Counted from the first letter of the stretch, positions 9,307 through 20,500 are shown. The stretch is 64,000 nucleotides of DNA from Candidatus Poribacteria bacterium (GCA_965116815.1 OZ220722.1:1695050-1759049); one strand, 5' to 3'. Notes: generated from the letters alone by a model not told the origin. Made by a program: numbers and translations.

Positions 9307-10728
9307 TCAAATATCGGAACGGAAGAATTTCAGGAATGCCACGGTTGTCAATACCACAGCAAAGAAGCAGAGCAGCAGCACATCCACCGCCGATTGACGG
9401 AACGTCTCTCCTAAAGTCGTTATCTCCAAAGATGGTGGTTGTGTAATTTTGACTCGTCTGCTTTGTCTGCTATAAGCATGATCTATAATTTTACTGAACA
9501 AATCTGTATAGAGCATCTCATAATAGCGATCACCTGTTTGAAAATAGGTGCTTCTTTTTGCCTTTCCAGTCTGTGTCAAGTTTGTAGAGATATAAATTAA
9601 GGAAGATGTCGGTGTGAGTCGAGAAAGCATCTGCCCCACCTGTTCTTGCCGTTCAGTTTCACGTTTATGATTCCGATCCAATTTGTTAGAATGGTTCTGG
9701 AATCTTGATCTATATTCCGCTTCAAGAGGTTTCATACGTTCATTAATTTTTTTCGAAATCTCCCCGCCTATAGATCTGCGTCCCTTCTCATCGGGCGGGA
9801 CTTCCATGATCATTTTCTGTTTTTCCTCTTCGAGTGCTGCGTTGAAATCGTCTCGCATGGCTGTTTTTTCCATATAGACACTCTGTGCAGTCTGTGTTGG
9901 TGCGATAAATTTGGCAGCAAGGAACCCAACGCGTGGCGTGATCAATACCGCAAACACCCAGACGGTAAAGGCAACGATGAGTGCCGTTTTAGAATTGTCT
10001 AAGTAGGTGGAAATCACCGTGCCGATTGCAAAAAAGACTCCAATATAAAGCAACGAGATGAGGATTAAACTGAGAACTCTCGGAAAAATTTCAGGTTCGC
10101 CGAGAGGGAACCCTTGCCAGACAAGCATCAGTAAGCCGAAAAGCAACGACACCAAGAATGGAACGACAAACACCGCGTATCCGCCAATCAATTTGCTCCA
10201 TAAAAATAGGTCGCGCGGCAGGGAATTCGCTAAGGTGATCCGAAGGGTGCCCGCTTCTCGTTCCCCGGCAACGGCATCGAACGTAAACAGTAGGGCAAGG
10301 AGACTAAAAACAGTACCGACTATGAATAGAAAATCAAGATGCCCTAACAGATTGGAAAGAGAGGAAACCAAGGCGGGTGCCCCTTGTGTAATCCCATTAC
10401 GTGTCATGCCGAGATAGCTCGGCAACGTATCTGCTAACCCATTTGCGAAGACGCTCAAAGGGGTCGGTTTGAGGATAAGTTTGGAAACCTCCAGTTCTGG
10501 ATCCAGTGGCATCCCTGGATTCATTGTGGTTTCTTCAATGTTTGTAAGTTTAACGGCTTCTTGGTAATCCACTAAGTTCTGGCGATAATTTCGGTAATTT
10601 GTAGAAAGTGTCAGCGGGACGAGAAGGAGGCACATCAAAAGAAGCGCGACGAAACGGACGCTCAGAATATGATGCATAATCTCTTTTTGAATCATAGTCA
10701 TTAACATTTGAATTTTCCTTTCACTCAC
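9307..10728 (-). CDS. ABC-2 family transporter permease-like membrane protein (paralogue 2)
   Basis: Same architecture and GEREAGTLR motif as 6897..8312. Confidence 0.6.
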   Translation of the reverse strand: MSERKIQMLMTMIQKEIMHHILSVRFVALLLMCLLLVPLTLSTNYRNYRQNLVDYQEAVKLTNIEETTMNPGMPLDPELEVSKLILKPTPLSVFANGLADTLPSYLGMTRNGITQGAPALVSSLSNLLGHLDFLFIVGTVFSLLALLFTFDAVAGEREAGTLRITLANSLPRDLFLWSKLIGGYAVFVVPFLVSLLFGLLMLVWQGFPLGEPEIFPRVLSLILISLLYIGVFFAIGTVISTYLDNSKTALIVAFTVWVFAVLITPRVGFLAAKFIAPTQTAQSVYMEKTAMRDDFNAALEEEKQKMIMEVPPDEKGRRSIGGEISKKINERMKPLEAEYRSRFQNHSNKLDRNHKRETERQEQVGQMLSRLTPTSSLIYISTNLTQTGKAKRSTYFQTGDRYYEMLYTDLFSKIIDHAYSRQSRRVKITQPPSLEITTLGETFRQSAVDVLLLCFFAVVLTTVAFLKFFRSDI

Positions 10729-10932
10729 TGATATTGAGGATTGCGTTTTTTCAAACTAATTTCGGTGAAGTGGTGTCTGTTTCCCTTTTATAATTAAGGA
10801 TACGGGTTTGGAGGGGAAAGGGTGCATAAAACGAAAAAACTGGATTTTCATCTCAGAAATTGTAAAAATGTTGAAATTGTTGGGTGGCTTTGAGAGGTGG
10901 CAATTGCTGATAATCAAATGTTATGTAAACGA

Positions 10933-10985
10933 AAAAAATCGTGCGGAGAACTATGTGTGTTTTACATGTCTCCGCACGATATTTA
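10933..10985 (-). terminator. Rho-independent (bidirectional) terminator downstream of the BNR lipoprotein gene
   Basis: Perfect 12-bp stem ATCGTGCGGAGA/TCTCCGCACGAT with a ~20-nt loop. It is flanked by an A-run on one side and a T-run on the other. Confidence 0.75.
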
Positions 10986-11012
10986 AACGCTTATGAAATA
11001 AATGAATGTCCA

Positions 11013-14000
11013 TCAACGCTTGGGACGACGTAGCACAACGCCTCCCTGTCCAGCGACCCATAACGTCTCTCCATCTTTGACACGCGTGATGGTATACAGG
11101 TCATTGTCAATGCCGGTATGCTCCCGTTTCCACGTTTCACCGCCATCTGTTGAATGAATGATAGCACCAGCGGCACCGACGGCATAGATTTCCTGTTCAG
11201 AGAGTGCCAAAATATCGTAAAGCGTTTCCGACATACCGCTCAACTTTGACTCCCAAGTGAATCCGCCATCAGATGTGGATAGGATAATCCCGGCGCGTCC
11301 GACAGCCCATCCCTGTCTTTTCGTGATGAATGACACACCGTAAAGGTCGTAACCTGCGTATGTCTCATGGAATTTCCAATATTCGCCACCGTTGACGGTT
11401 CGCTGGATGACCCCATTGGTTCCAACCGCCCAACCGAGCGGTGCAAATTTCATATCAATACCTGTGAGGTTTCTACCCGTTGAGGTGCGCTGAAATTCCC
11501 AAATCGGACCGCCATCCAGGTTGTGAAGAATATCTCCATTTTCACCGACAGCCCATCCTTCGGAAAAATTGCCAAAGGCAACCTCATTTATGGAGATGTC
11601 AAAGCCTGGTGGCAGCTCCTGCGCGTTTTCTGTTGACCAGTCCTCACCGTCTGCGGTGTAAAGCATACCGCCATCGCGTTTCATCGCCCAGCCCCATTTC
11701 GGATCAAGACTGATGAAGTGGACATTAACGATGCGGTCCGTGGTACCACTCTCCAAACGCTCCCAATTTTTTCCACCGTCCTCTGTTGACAGCAGGACTC
11801 CGTTATCTCCGGCAATCCAACCGTTTTGCTCGTCGAGAAATATCACATCTCGGAAGTTATCGGGTGCTTCACCAAATTGGTGGTGCCAGGTCTTGCCGCT
11901 ATCTGTGGTGGCGTAAATCTGGCCCCCGGATTTTTGTGCCGTCTCAGTCCCACCCGAGTCGGCTCGATACACGTGCCCTTCATGAATCCGCTCCGCACCG
12001 ACAGCCCAACCGTGCCCATCTGCCAGGAAATAGGCGTTGGTAATTTGGGTCAAGAGTGGGTCGGCTTGTTCGAGTGCCATTCTATCTACCCAACTTGTGG
12101 GTTCGCTGTTCTCAGTTTCGCCTCTGGACGAAGTATGGAGTGGCTTCCAGTTTTTACCTTGGTTCTGTGTGGTGAGAATCGCCCCACCGATACCAATTCC
12201 CCACGCTTCGGCGTGATTTCGGAATTTCACGGTCTGCAGCTGGATATTCAAATACGTTCCTTTAATCTCTCGTTCTGCTTCCAGATCCCGTTTCCAACTC
12301 TCTCCGCCGTCTGTGGTAAACAGCGATGTCCCGTTCTCCATCACCGCCCAACCCGATGTAGCATCCATGAAATGGACACCGATACAACGGTTATGGGTTC
12401 TGGCTTGAATCTCCCAGTAGTCTCCACCGTCAACCGTGTGTAGAATCAATCCGCCAGTCCGCCGTTGGGGGGCAACTGCCCATCCCTCTTTGCTATTAAT
12501 AAAATGCAAGTCCGTAATTGACTGCTGTGTTGCACTGGTTTGCTGAGGGGTCCAAGTTTTACCGCCATCGGTTGTCCGCAGAATTTGTCCCCTATCAACA
12601 CCCAGCCATCCCTGTTTTGGGTTAATGAAGTGGATGGCACGGATACTGCCGTAGGGTCGCGCACCTGAACGCGAAGGTTGCAGGTCTTCGCGAATAATCT
12701 GCCACGTTTTGCCACCGTTTTCGGTGCGTAGTAGTACACCTTGTCCACCAATCCAACCGTGGTTTTCATCGATGAAAACAATGCGCTGTAATTCTTCTGT
12801 CACGCCACTCTGTTGCAGCTGCCATGTCGTGCCACCGTTTGTGGTGTGCAAAATGGTACCGCTACCCCCCACTGCCCAGCCCTCCTGCGCAGATAGGAAG
12901 TAGGTATCGGTGAAATGGGTTTGCAAAGCCCCTTGACGCACGATCTCCCAGTGAGATTCAATCGGTTCAATCGGTTTCTCATCGGTTTCTATATCCTGTG
13001 CAGCAGGCGGCAACTCGGCGATGAACTGCTCCGTGTCCACAGAATAGCGCATCGCAATGCCACCTTCACCCACAAGGAGGATACCATCGGGAGAGAGCGA
13101 GAAACTATAGAGATCGTTGGACGTGCCACTTTTCTGCAACTCCCACGTCACACCTCCATTGATGGTGGTCAGAATGACACCTTCATCGCCGACAATTAAC
13201 CCGTGATTCGCATCGGCAAAGTAGACTTTATTCAGATTTGCCTGCGTTCCACTCCGTTGGAATTTCCATGTTTTTCCGCCATCAAGCGTGTGTAGAATCT
13301 CGCCGAATTGCCCGACCACCCAGCCGGTGTGTTGATCGATAAAGTAAGCGGCGTAGAGTTCGTTGTAGCTGTTGCTGTTCTGTCGTTTCCACGTCAATCC
13401 ACCATCTTGGGTATGAAAGACAATACCGGGCCACCCGACGACCCACCCCTCTGTCTCATTGAGGAAAAAGATGCCTTTAATCATTTCGTGGAAATAGCGT
13501 GGTGCTTGTTGACTCCACGTTTCTCCACCGTCTGTTGTATGAAGCACAGTCCCCAAATCTCCAACGATCCAGCCCTTTTTCGGATTGATGAAATGGAGCG
13601 CATTGAGGGTGTACCACCATCCACTGGTTTGTCGTTCCCATGTCTGACCGGCATCGGTTGTGTGAAGGATAAGTCCGCCATCGCCAACCGCCCAACCTTC
13701 TTTGTCGGTAGCGAAAGATAGATTACGGATGCGATGCCACGTGTCCATCTCAATGTTCGTCCAGGTTTTACCACTGTCGTTACTCGTCGTGATTGTGCCT
13801 TTTTCTCCGACGGCAACCGCCCGGTCAGCATCCGCAAACGCGACACTTTGCAGGTCGTCAGCTGTCGTGCCACTTCTCATGTTCCATGTTACCCCGCCAT
13901 CGGTCGAGTGTAGGAGCGTGCCGTTCCAACCGACTGCCCATGCCTCTTTAGGACTTGTGAAGTGAACCCCCATTAGGTCGTTCTTCGTTGGGGTTTCTGA

Positions 14001-14873
14001 TAATCTCCAATTGTCGCCGCCATCTTCGGTTCGAGTGATAAACCCACCCTGCGCGACTGCTACGCCGTAGTCATCATCAATAAAATGGAAGTCATAGACG
14101 GTTGGACGGACGTGTCCATAAACCGGTGGAAGCCGACTATCTTGTCCTCGCCACTCTGTGCCGCCATCGCTGGTATGAAAGATGCTCCCGTCCGTGCCAC
14201 CACTCCATCCGTTGAAAGGGTTCGTAAAAAATACCGTATGGAGATTGCAAACCGTTGATGTTTGATCTTCTCTCACGAAGTTATCCTGTCCGCGCCAGGT
14301 CTGACCGCCGTCTGTGGTAACAAAGATTTGATTGTAATCTCCAACTGTCCACCCGCGCTGCTTATCCATGAACCAGATACCGCCAAGTCCGAATCCGTCA
14401 ATTGCTTCTTGATGGTGCCATGTTTCTCCACCATTTTGTGTATATAGCAGCCCATTCTGTCCAGCGATCCATCCCGTTTTTGAATTAGTGAAAAAGACAT
14501 CCATAAGCAGCGCATGGGCTTGACGTTTTTGAAGAGTCCAGTGTCGCCCACCATCGTCGGTGATAGCGATTAATCCCTTGTCACCAACTGCCCAGCCGTT
14601 ACGAAGGTTTGTGAAATAAACCGCTTTGAAATCTTCATTTGTATTCACCGTCTGTTTTTCCCAGCTCACACCACCGTCAGCCGTATGGAGAATCCATCCT
14701 TGATGCCCGACAATCCATCCGTGTTTGGCATCTGCAAAGTAGATGTCCGTAAAATGGGTTTGCCAGTCTGCTATGCGAGTAATTTCCTTTTTTACACAAC
14801 CGGTGAACAGAAAAGGCACTCCGAAGAGAATCGCCATCCAAAAGTAAGTGATGTGTTGAAAAATCTTTTTCAT
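11013..14873 (-). CDS. Giant lipoprotein made of ~29 Ycf48-like/BNR (Asp-box) repeats, predicted to form multiple 7-bladed beta-propellers (copy 1)
   Basis: Lipoprotein signal MKKIFQHITYFWMAILFGVPFLFTGC. Repeating GW(A/I)VG..G.IL.T.DGG.TW units occur roughly every 43 aa. GGAGG RBS. Confidence 0.8.
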   Translation of the reverse strand: MKKIFQHITYFWMAILFGVPFLFTGCVKKEITRIADWQTHFTDIYFADAKHGWIVGHQGWILHTADGGVSWEKQTVNTNEDFKAVYFTNLRNGWAVGDKGLIAITDDGGRHWTLQKRQAHALLMDVFFTNSKTGWIAGQNGLLYTQNGGETWHHQEAIDGFGLGGIWFMDKQRGWTVGDYNQIFVTTDGGQTWRGQDNFVREDQTSTVCNLHTVFFTNPFNGWSGGTDGSIFHTSDGGTEWRGQDSRLPPVYGHVRPTVYDFHFIDDDYGVAVAQGGFITRTEDGGDNWRLSETPTKNDLMGVHFTSPKEAWAVGWNGTLLHSTDGGVTWNMRSGTTADDLQSVAFADADRAVAVGEKGTITTSNDSGKTWTNIEMDTWHRIRNLSFATDKEGWAVGDGGLILHTTDAGQTWERQTSGWWYTLNALHFINPKKGWIVGDLGTVLHTTDGGETWSQQAPRYFHEMIKGIFFLNETEGWVVGWPGIVFHTQDGGLTWKRQNSNSYNELYAAYFIDQHTGWVVGQFGEILHTLDGGKTWKFQRSGTQANLNKVYFADANHGLIVGDEGVILTTINGGVTWELQKSGTSNDLYSFSLSPDGILLVGEGGIAMRYSVDTEQFIAELPPAAQDIETDEKPIEPIESHWEIVRQGALQTHFTDTYFLSAQEGWAVGGSGTILHTTNGGTTWQLQQSGVTEELQRIVFIDENHGWIGGQGVLLRTENGGKTWQIIREDLQPSRSGARPYGSIRAIHFINPKQGWLGVDRGQILRTTDGGKTWTPQQTSATQQSITDLHFINSKEGWAVAPQRRTGGLILHTVDGGDYWEIQARTHNRCIGVHFMDATSGWAVMENGTSLFTTDGGESWKRDLEAEREIKGTYLNIQLQTVKFRNHAEAWGIGIGGAILTTQNQGKNWKPLHTSSRGETENSEPTSWVDRMALEQADPLLTQITNAYFLADGHGWAVGAERIHEGHVYRADSGGTETAQKSGGQIYATTDSGKTWHHQFGEAPDNFRDVIFLDEQNGWIAGDNGVLLSTEDGGKNWERLESGTTDRIVNVHFISLDPKWGWAMKRDGGMLYTADGEDWSTENAQELPPGFDISINEVAFGNFSEGWAVGENGDILHNLDGGPIWEFQRTSTGRNLTGIDMKFAPLGWAVGTNGVIQRTVNGGEYWKFHETYAGYDLYGVSFITKRQGWAVGRAGIILSTSDGGFTWESKLSGMSETLYDILALSEQEIYAVGAAGAIIHSTDGGETWKREHTGIDNDLYTITRVKDGETLWVAGQGGVVLRRPKR

Positions 14874-14896
14874 CTGTTTTGCCTCCTTGGGTGATT

Positions 14897-16999
14897 TTAC
14901 TGTGTTCGAGGATTCGGGATTACAACCGGGTCGAGTAATACTGGAGATTTTTGAGAGGGTGAATAAACACCGACTGCAGCACCAGCATCCGTAGCGAACC
15001 AGATTTTACCCTGACTGTCTTCAAATACCGACCAAACGCGGTTGCTCGGTAGACCATCGTCTGTGTTAATGTTTTGGAACGTTTCGCCGTTATACACACT
15101 CACACCAACACCGACTTCAGGGATTGGAATATTATCCTCGGCTTCGTGAACCTCAATCGTTAGGGGTAATTTTTTACTACCTGTGAACCAGAGATTGCCG
15201 TTGGTGTCTCGCAGGATACTCTCAACCTTATTCATTGGAAGTTCTTCGCTTTGTGGAAAGTGAACTAATTCTTTGCCATCGTAGCGACGGATGCCAGTAT
15301 ATTCGTCCCCTACGCCTTCTTGGGTAATCCAGAGATTATTCTGTGCATCAAACTGTAGGTTTGTTATTTGTCCGCTTTGCGACTGTCCCATCTCCCTGAA
15401 AGCGTTTAAATTTACATCAAGGTACCGGAAATCAGACGTTTGGAGGTTGTAATAGGTAATACCGGCGTAGCTGCCAAACCAAAAATTTCCTGCTGTATCC
15501 TGTGCAATCGCTGTAACTTGATTCCACCAATGCGGTAGAACCTCCATCCCTGTGGGTCCATTGAAGATAAGACTGCTAAACTTTTCACCGTCGTAGCGAC
15601 TCACACCTTCATCCGTGGCGAACCAAAGCGTCCCCGTTTTGTCCTCAAACATGTCCTGAATGGGACCGCGGAGGAGTCCATCGGCTCCGGTAAACGTCCG
15701 AAACGCTTGTCCATCATAGCGACTTATACTTTCTAATGGAGTAGGTGTCTGTGTTTTCATCTCCATTTCGTCCTGGACGGTATTAGCGAGTTCGCTTAAT
15801 GGCATATTGATGTATGACATATCTATAAACTTTGGTCTATTCAGCGCATTTGCGAGCATTCCATCCCCAAACCAGAGCATGCCCTGCCGGTCTTCAAAGA
15901 TAAGACCTGTCGTGTTTCGTGATAAGCCATCTTCTGTTGTGAAGGTTTGGAAGTTGTCTCCGTCATAACGTGTGATACCGTCGGCTGTGCCAAACCACAG
16001 CGCACCTTGGCTGTCTTCAAAGATAGTGAGCACAGTATTGGATGCTAAACCATCTGCTTCGGTAATTGTTCTTTCTATAAGAAGTTTGCCGGCATTGCTG
16101 GATGCGGGCTGCATGCCAGCACCCCTGTTCTGACTCGGGTGAGATGTCTGTCCGATCTGATTCCTAACATCGGGTTTAGCATCCGTATCAAGAACGATGT
16201 CGGTATCAATGATTTCAATAGTCGGTTCGGATCTCGCCTCAAGACTATACGGCTTCTGAAAACGGGCAAGATACTGATTACTGGCACCTATCATCAACAG
16301 AATCACGACCGCGGCACTCCCAAGAGCCGCCCACGGTAACACCGGTTTCCCACTCGGAGGAGATACCGGGGTTATATCAGCAACCTCCCGCATGATACGC
16401 GCTGTCAAATCAGCGGATAATTCAACGCCGCCGAGCACTTCACTCACCAAGGGTTCTGACGCTTTTAAACGTTCTCGTCCCCGGCGAAGTCGTCCCTTAA
16501 TTGCACTCACCGACACCCCTAAGTATTTGCTAATTTCCTTAGCTGTCATTTCGCCGAGATAGTGGAGCGTCAGCACTGTGCGTTCGCTCTCTGGGAGCCT
16601 TTTCAAAAGGTTTTTAACGACTTCAGAACGGTGTTCCGCTGCTTCTGTCTCGCGCCGCTCCGACATATAATGTTGATACGAGGATTCCTCTATCTCTACC
16701 ATAGGTGTGTCCTCCAAAGATGGCATCGTGGATTTACGCCTTTTAAGCCAGTTAAGGGCAAGTCGATTTGCTATGACATACAGCCAGCCAGAAAAACATT
16801 TCGGATCCTTTAAAGCCCCGAGTTTTTTGTAGACCTGGATGAAAGTATCTTGCGTGATCTCTTCGGCATGGTGAAAATCACCAATCTTCCGCCAGATGAG
16901 GGCGTGAACACCCTTTTGATGCTTTTCAACTAAGGTGCTGAATGCCGAATCGTCGCCTGACAGAACCCTATAAATCAATTGAACATCGTTTTCTAACAT
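14897..16999 (-). CDS. ECF sigma-70 factor fused via one TM helix to an extracytoplasmic Reg_prop (two-component-regulator propeller) domain
   Basis: The sigma-2/sigma-4 regions are ~75% identical to those of 2010..5018. TM LPWAALGSAAVVILLMIGASNQYLA. Then NTVLTIFEDSQGALWFGTADGITRYDG-type Reg_prop repeats. Confidence 0.8.
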   Translation of the reverse strand: MLENDVQLIYRVLSGDDSAFSTLVEKHQKGVHALIWRKIGDFHHAEEITQDTFIQVYKKLGALKDPKCFSGWLYVIANRLALNWLKRRKSTMPSLEDTPMVEIEESSYQHYMSERRETEAAEHRSEVVKNLLKRLPESERTVLTLHYLGEMTAKEISKYLGVSVSAIKGRLRRGRERLKASEPLVSEVLGGVELSADLTARIMREVADITPVSPPSGKPVLPWAALGSAAVVILLMIGASNQYLARFQKPYSLEARSEPTIEIIDTDIVLDTDAKPDVRNQIGQTSHPSQNRGAGMQPASSNAGKLLIERTITEADGLASNTVLTIFEDSQGALWFGTADGITRYDGDNFQTFTTEDGLSRNTTGLIFEDRQGMLWFGDGMLANALNRPKFIDMSYINMPLSELANTVQDEMEMKTQTPTPLESISRYDGQAFRTFTGADGLLRGPIQDMFEDKTGTLWFATDEGVSRYDGEKFSSLIFNGPTGMEVLPHWWNQVTAIAQDTAGNFWFGSYAGITYYNLQTSDFRYLDVNLNAFREMGQSQSGQITNLQFDAQNNLWITQEGVGDEYTGIRRYDGKELVHFPQSEELPMNKVESILRDTNGNLWFTGSKKLPLTIEVHEAEDNIPIPEVGVGVSVYNGETFQNINTDDGLPSNRVWSVFEDSQGKIWFATDAGAAVGVYSPSQKSPVLLDPVVIPNPRTQ

Positions 17000-17410
17000 C
17001 AGAGAACCTCATAATAAATGAGTAAATCAGCACACATCTACGTTCTCCACAGATTAGATCTGCGGAGATGCCAAATACGCAAACTCTATTTCCAACTTCA
17101 CTTTATATTAAAGACACATTTTTAAAGCGAAAGGGTACATAATTTGAAAAAAATCAAAAAATTACTCAAATTTCCGACCTTACTTTATATTAAAGACACA
17201 TTTTTAAGAGGGAAGGGTACATAATTTAGGCGTTAGGCAAATTGAACAGAGAATCGGAAACCCATTTGCTGAAAATGCCTCGCAGTGAGAGTATTACGTT
17301 GCATATAACCCCCTAAATCCGCCAACCCCCATATCCCCCCTTATCAGGGGGGTAGGGGGACTTTAAGAGGAAATGCGTAAGTCCTAATATAATTTGATGT
17401 CATGCAAACC

Positions 17411-17467
17411 AAAACAAAAATCGCGCGGGGAGCTATGTGTGTTCTACATGCCTCCGCACGATTTTTA
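17411..17467 (-). terminator. Rho-independent (bidirectional) terminator downstream of BNR lipoprotein copy 2
   Basis: Stem AAAAATCGCGCGG / CCTCCGCACGATTTTT with one mismatch. T-run in the minus sense. Homologous to the 10933..10985 terminator. An additional 13-bp perfect inverted repeat (GACCAAGAACTCG...CGAGTTCTTGGTC) at 17489..17541 abuts the stop codon. Confidence 0.7.
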
Positions 17468-17545
17468 AACGCTTATGAGATAAACAGATTTGACCAAGAA
17501 CTCGTCTACAGATACTTTTGGTAAAGCGCGAGTTCTTGGTCAAGG

Positions 17546-20500
17546 TTAACGTTTAGGACGACGCAGCACAACGCCTCCCTGTCCAGCGACCCACAGCCTC
17601 TTCCCATCTTTAACACGTGTGATGACATACAGGTCATTGTCAACGCCAGTATGCTCCCGTTTCCACGTTTCACCACCATCTGTCGAATGAATGATGGTTC
17701 CAGCAGCACCGACGGCGTAGATTTCATGTTCAGAGAGTGCCAAAATATCGTAAAGCGTTTCCGACATACCGCTCAACTTTGACTCCCAAGTGAATCCACC
17801 GTCAGTGGTGGATAGGATAATCCCGGCGCGTCCGACTGCCCATCCCTTTCTTTTCGTGGTGAACGACACGCCGTGAAGGTCGTAGCCTGCGTGTGTCTCG
17901 TGGAACTTCCAGTATTCACCGCCGTTGACTGTTCGCTGAATTACGCCGTTGCTCCCAACGGCCCAGCCGAGGGGTGCAAACTTCATATCAACGCTTCTGA
18001 GGTTTTTACCGGTTGAAGTGTGCTGCAATTTCCAGATCGGACCGCCGTCCAGATTGTGGATAATTTCTCCATTTTCACCAACTGCCCATCCCTCAGAGAA
18101 TTTACCAAAAGCAGCTTCATTTATCGAGAGTGGAGGTAGTTGATGCTGGGGAAGATCAGGTAGTTCGCGCTGTGGAAGTTCTTGATTGTTGTCTGTTGAC
18201 CAATCATCGCCATTGGTCGTATAGAGCAGGGTTCCATCCCTTTCCATCGCCCAGCCCCATTTTGGCTCAAGACTGATGAAGTGGACATCGACGATGCGGG
18301 CCATTGTGTTGGTTTGCAACCGCTTCCAATTTATTCCACCGTCCTCTGTTGATAGCAAGGCTCCGTTATCTCCAGCGATCCAACCGTTCTGCTCATTGAG
18401 AAACAGCACATCGCGAAAATTATCAAGCGGTTCACCGAGTTGATGGTGCCAAGTTTTTCCGCCATCTGTCGTGGCGTAAATCTGACCCGTAGATGCCTCT
18501 GCTTCATTGGAGCCACCAATATCAGCCCCGACCGATTCCCTGTCGAAAATTTGTTCTCGACCCACTACCCAACCACGCCCATCCGGTAGAAAATGCGCGT
18601 TGGTAATTTGAATTGAGTATCCAAACGGACGTTCCGCTGCCATTTCTTCTATCCAACTTTCCGAGTCACCATTTTCACTTTCCTGCCCAAACAAGGAATT
18701 CAGTGTTTTCCAACTCTCACCTTGGTTTTGGGTGGTAAGAATCATCTGTCCAGCGTTAATTGCCCAAGCTGTTGCCCAAGCCTCGGTGTGATTGCGGAAT
18801 TTCACCGTAACCAGATGGATATCCAAATTCAATCCTTTAATGTCTCGCCCTGTGTCCAGATCTCGTTTCCAATTCTCTCCACCATCTGTGGTAAGAAGTG
18901 AGGTTCCGTCTTCCATTATCACCCAACCCGATGTGGCATTCAGAAAATGGATACCAATGCAACGCTGATGGGTTGTGGCTTGGATTTGCCAGTAATCACC
19001 GCCATCAACTGTGTGTAGGATAAATCCACCTGTCCGCCGTTGGGGTGCAACTGCCCATCCTTCTTGACTGTTGATGAAATGCAGGTGCGTGATCGGTTGC
19101 TGGGTTGTCCCTGTTTGCTGAAGCGTCCAGGTTATGCCACCATCGTTTGTACGCAGGATCTGCCCTCTATCGACACCGATCCATCCTTCTTTCGGATTGA
19201 TGAAGTGTATCGCACGAATATTGCGAAAGTTTTTCAACCCTTCACGGACAACGTGCCACGTCTCGCCCCCGTTTTCAGTTCGCAGCAGTACGCCTTGACC
19301 GCTAATCCAACCGTGTTTTTTATCAATGAAAACAATCCGTTGTAATTCTTCGGTCACGCTGCTCTGTTGTGTCTGCCATGTCGTGCCACCATCTGTGGTC
19401 CGTAAAATGGTACCGCCGTCACCGACTGTCCACCCTTCCTCTGCAGACAGGAAATAGGTATCGGTGAATTTGGATTGCCAACTTCCTTGACGGACGATTT
19501 CCCAGTGATATTCAATCGGTTCAATCGGTTTCTCATCGGTTTCTATGTCTTGCGCAGCAGGTGGCAACTCGGCAATGAACTGCTCCGTGTCTACAGAGTA
19601 GCGCATCGCAATGCCACCTTCACCCACAAGGAGGATACCATCGGGAGAAAGCGAAAAACTATAGAGATCGTTGGACGTGCCGCTTTTCTGTGATTCCCAC
19701 GTCATTCCACCATTGATGGTGGTTAAAATGACCCCTTCATCACCGACAATTAATCCGTGATTTGCATCGGCAAAGTAGACTTTGTTCAGATGTGCCTGCG
19801 TCCCACTCCGCTGGAATTTCCACGTTTTGCCGCCATCAAGCGTGTGTAGAATCTCACCAAATTGCCCGACCACCCAGCCGGTATGTTGATCGATAAAGTA
19901 AGCAGCGTAGAGTTCGTTATAGCTGTTGCTGTTCTGTCGTTTCCACGTCAATCCACCGTCTTGGGTGTGAAAGACAATACCGGGCCACCCGACGACCCAA
20001 CCCTCTGTCTCATTGAGGAAAAAGATGCCTTTAATCATTTCGTGGAAATAGCGCGGTGCTTGTTGTACCCACGTTTCTCCACCGTCTGTTGTATGGAGCA
20101 CAGTGCCCAAATCTCCAACGATCCAGCCCTTCTGAGGATTGATGAAATGGAGAGCATTGAGAGTATACCACCATCCGCTGGTTTGCCGTTCCCATGTCTG
20201 ACCGGCATCGGTTGTGTGCAGGATAAGTCCGCCGTCGCCAACCGCCCAGCCTTCTTTGTCAGTGACAAAAGATAAGTTCCGAATGCGGTGCCACGTGTCC
20301 ATCTCAATGTTCGTCCAGGTCTTGCCACTGTCGTCACTCGTCGCAATTGTGCCTTTCTCTCCGACGGCAACCGCCCGGTCAGCATCCGCAAACGCGACAC
20401 TCTGCAGATCATCAGCTGTCGTGCCACTTCTCATGTTCCATGTTACCCCGCCATCGGTCGAGTGTAGGAGGGTACCGTTCCAACCGACTGCCCATGCCTC

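Noticed and set aside
11480-14447. Many 60–200-aa plus-strand ORFs (e.g. 11826..12443, 13308..13721, 12915..13199) inside the BNR lipoprotein gene. The same occurs inside copy 2 (19040..20519).
   Set aside because: They are antisense shadows of a long, repeat-rich minus-strand gene. Each paralogue reproduces the same shadows. They have no RBS or independent conservation.
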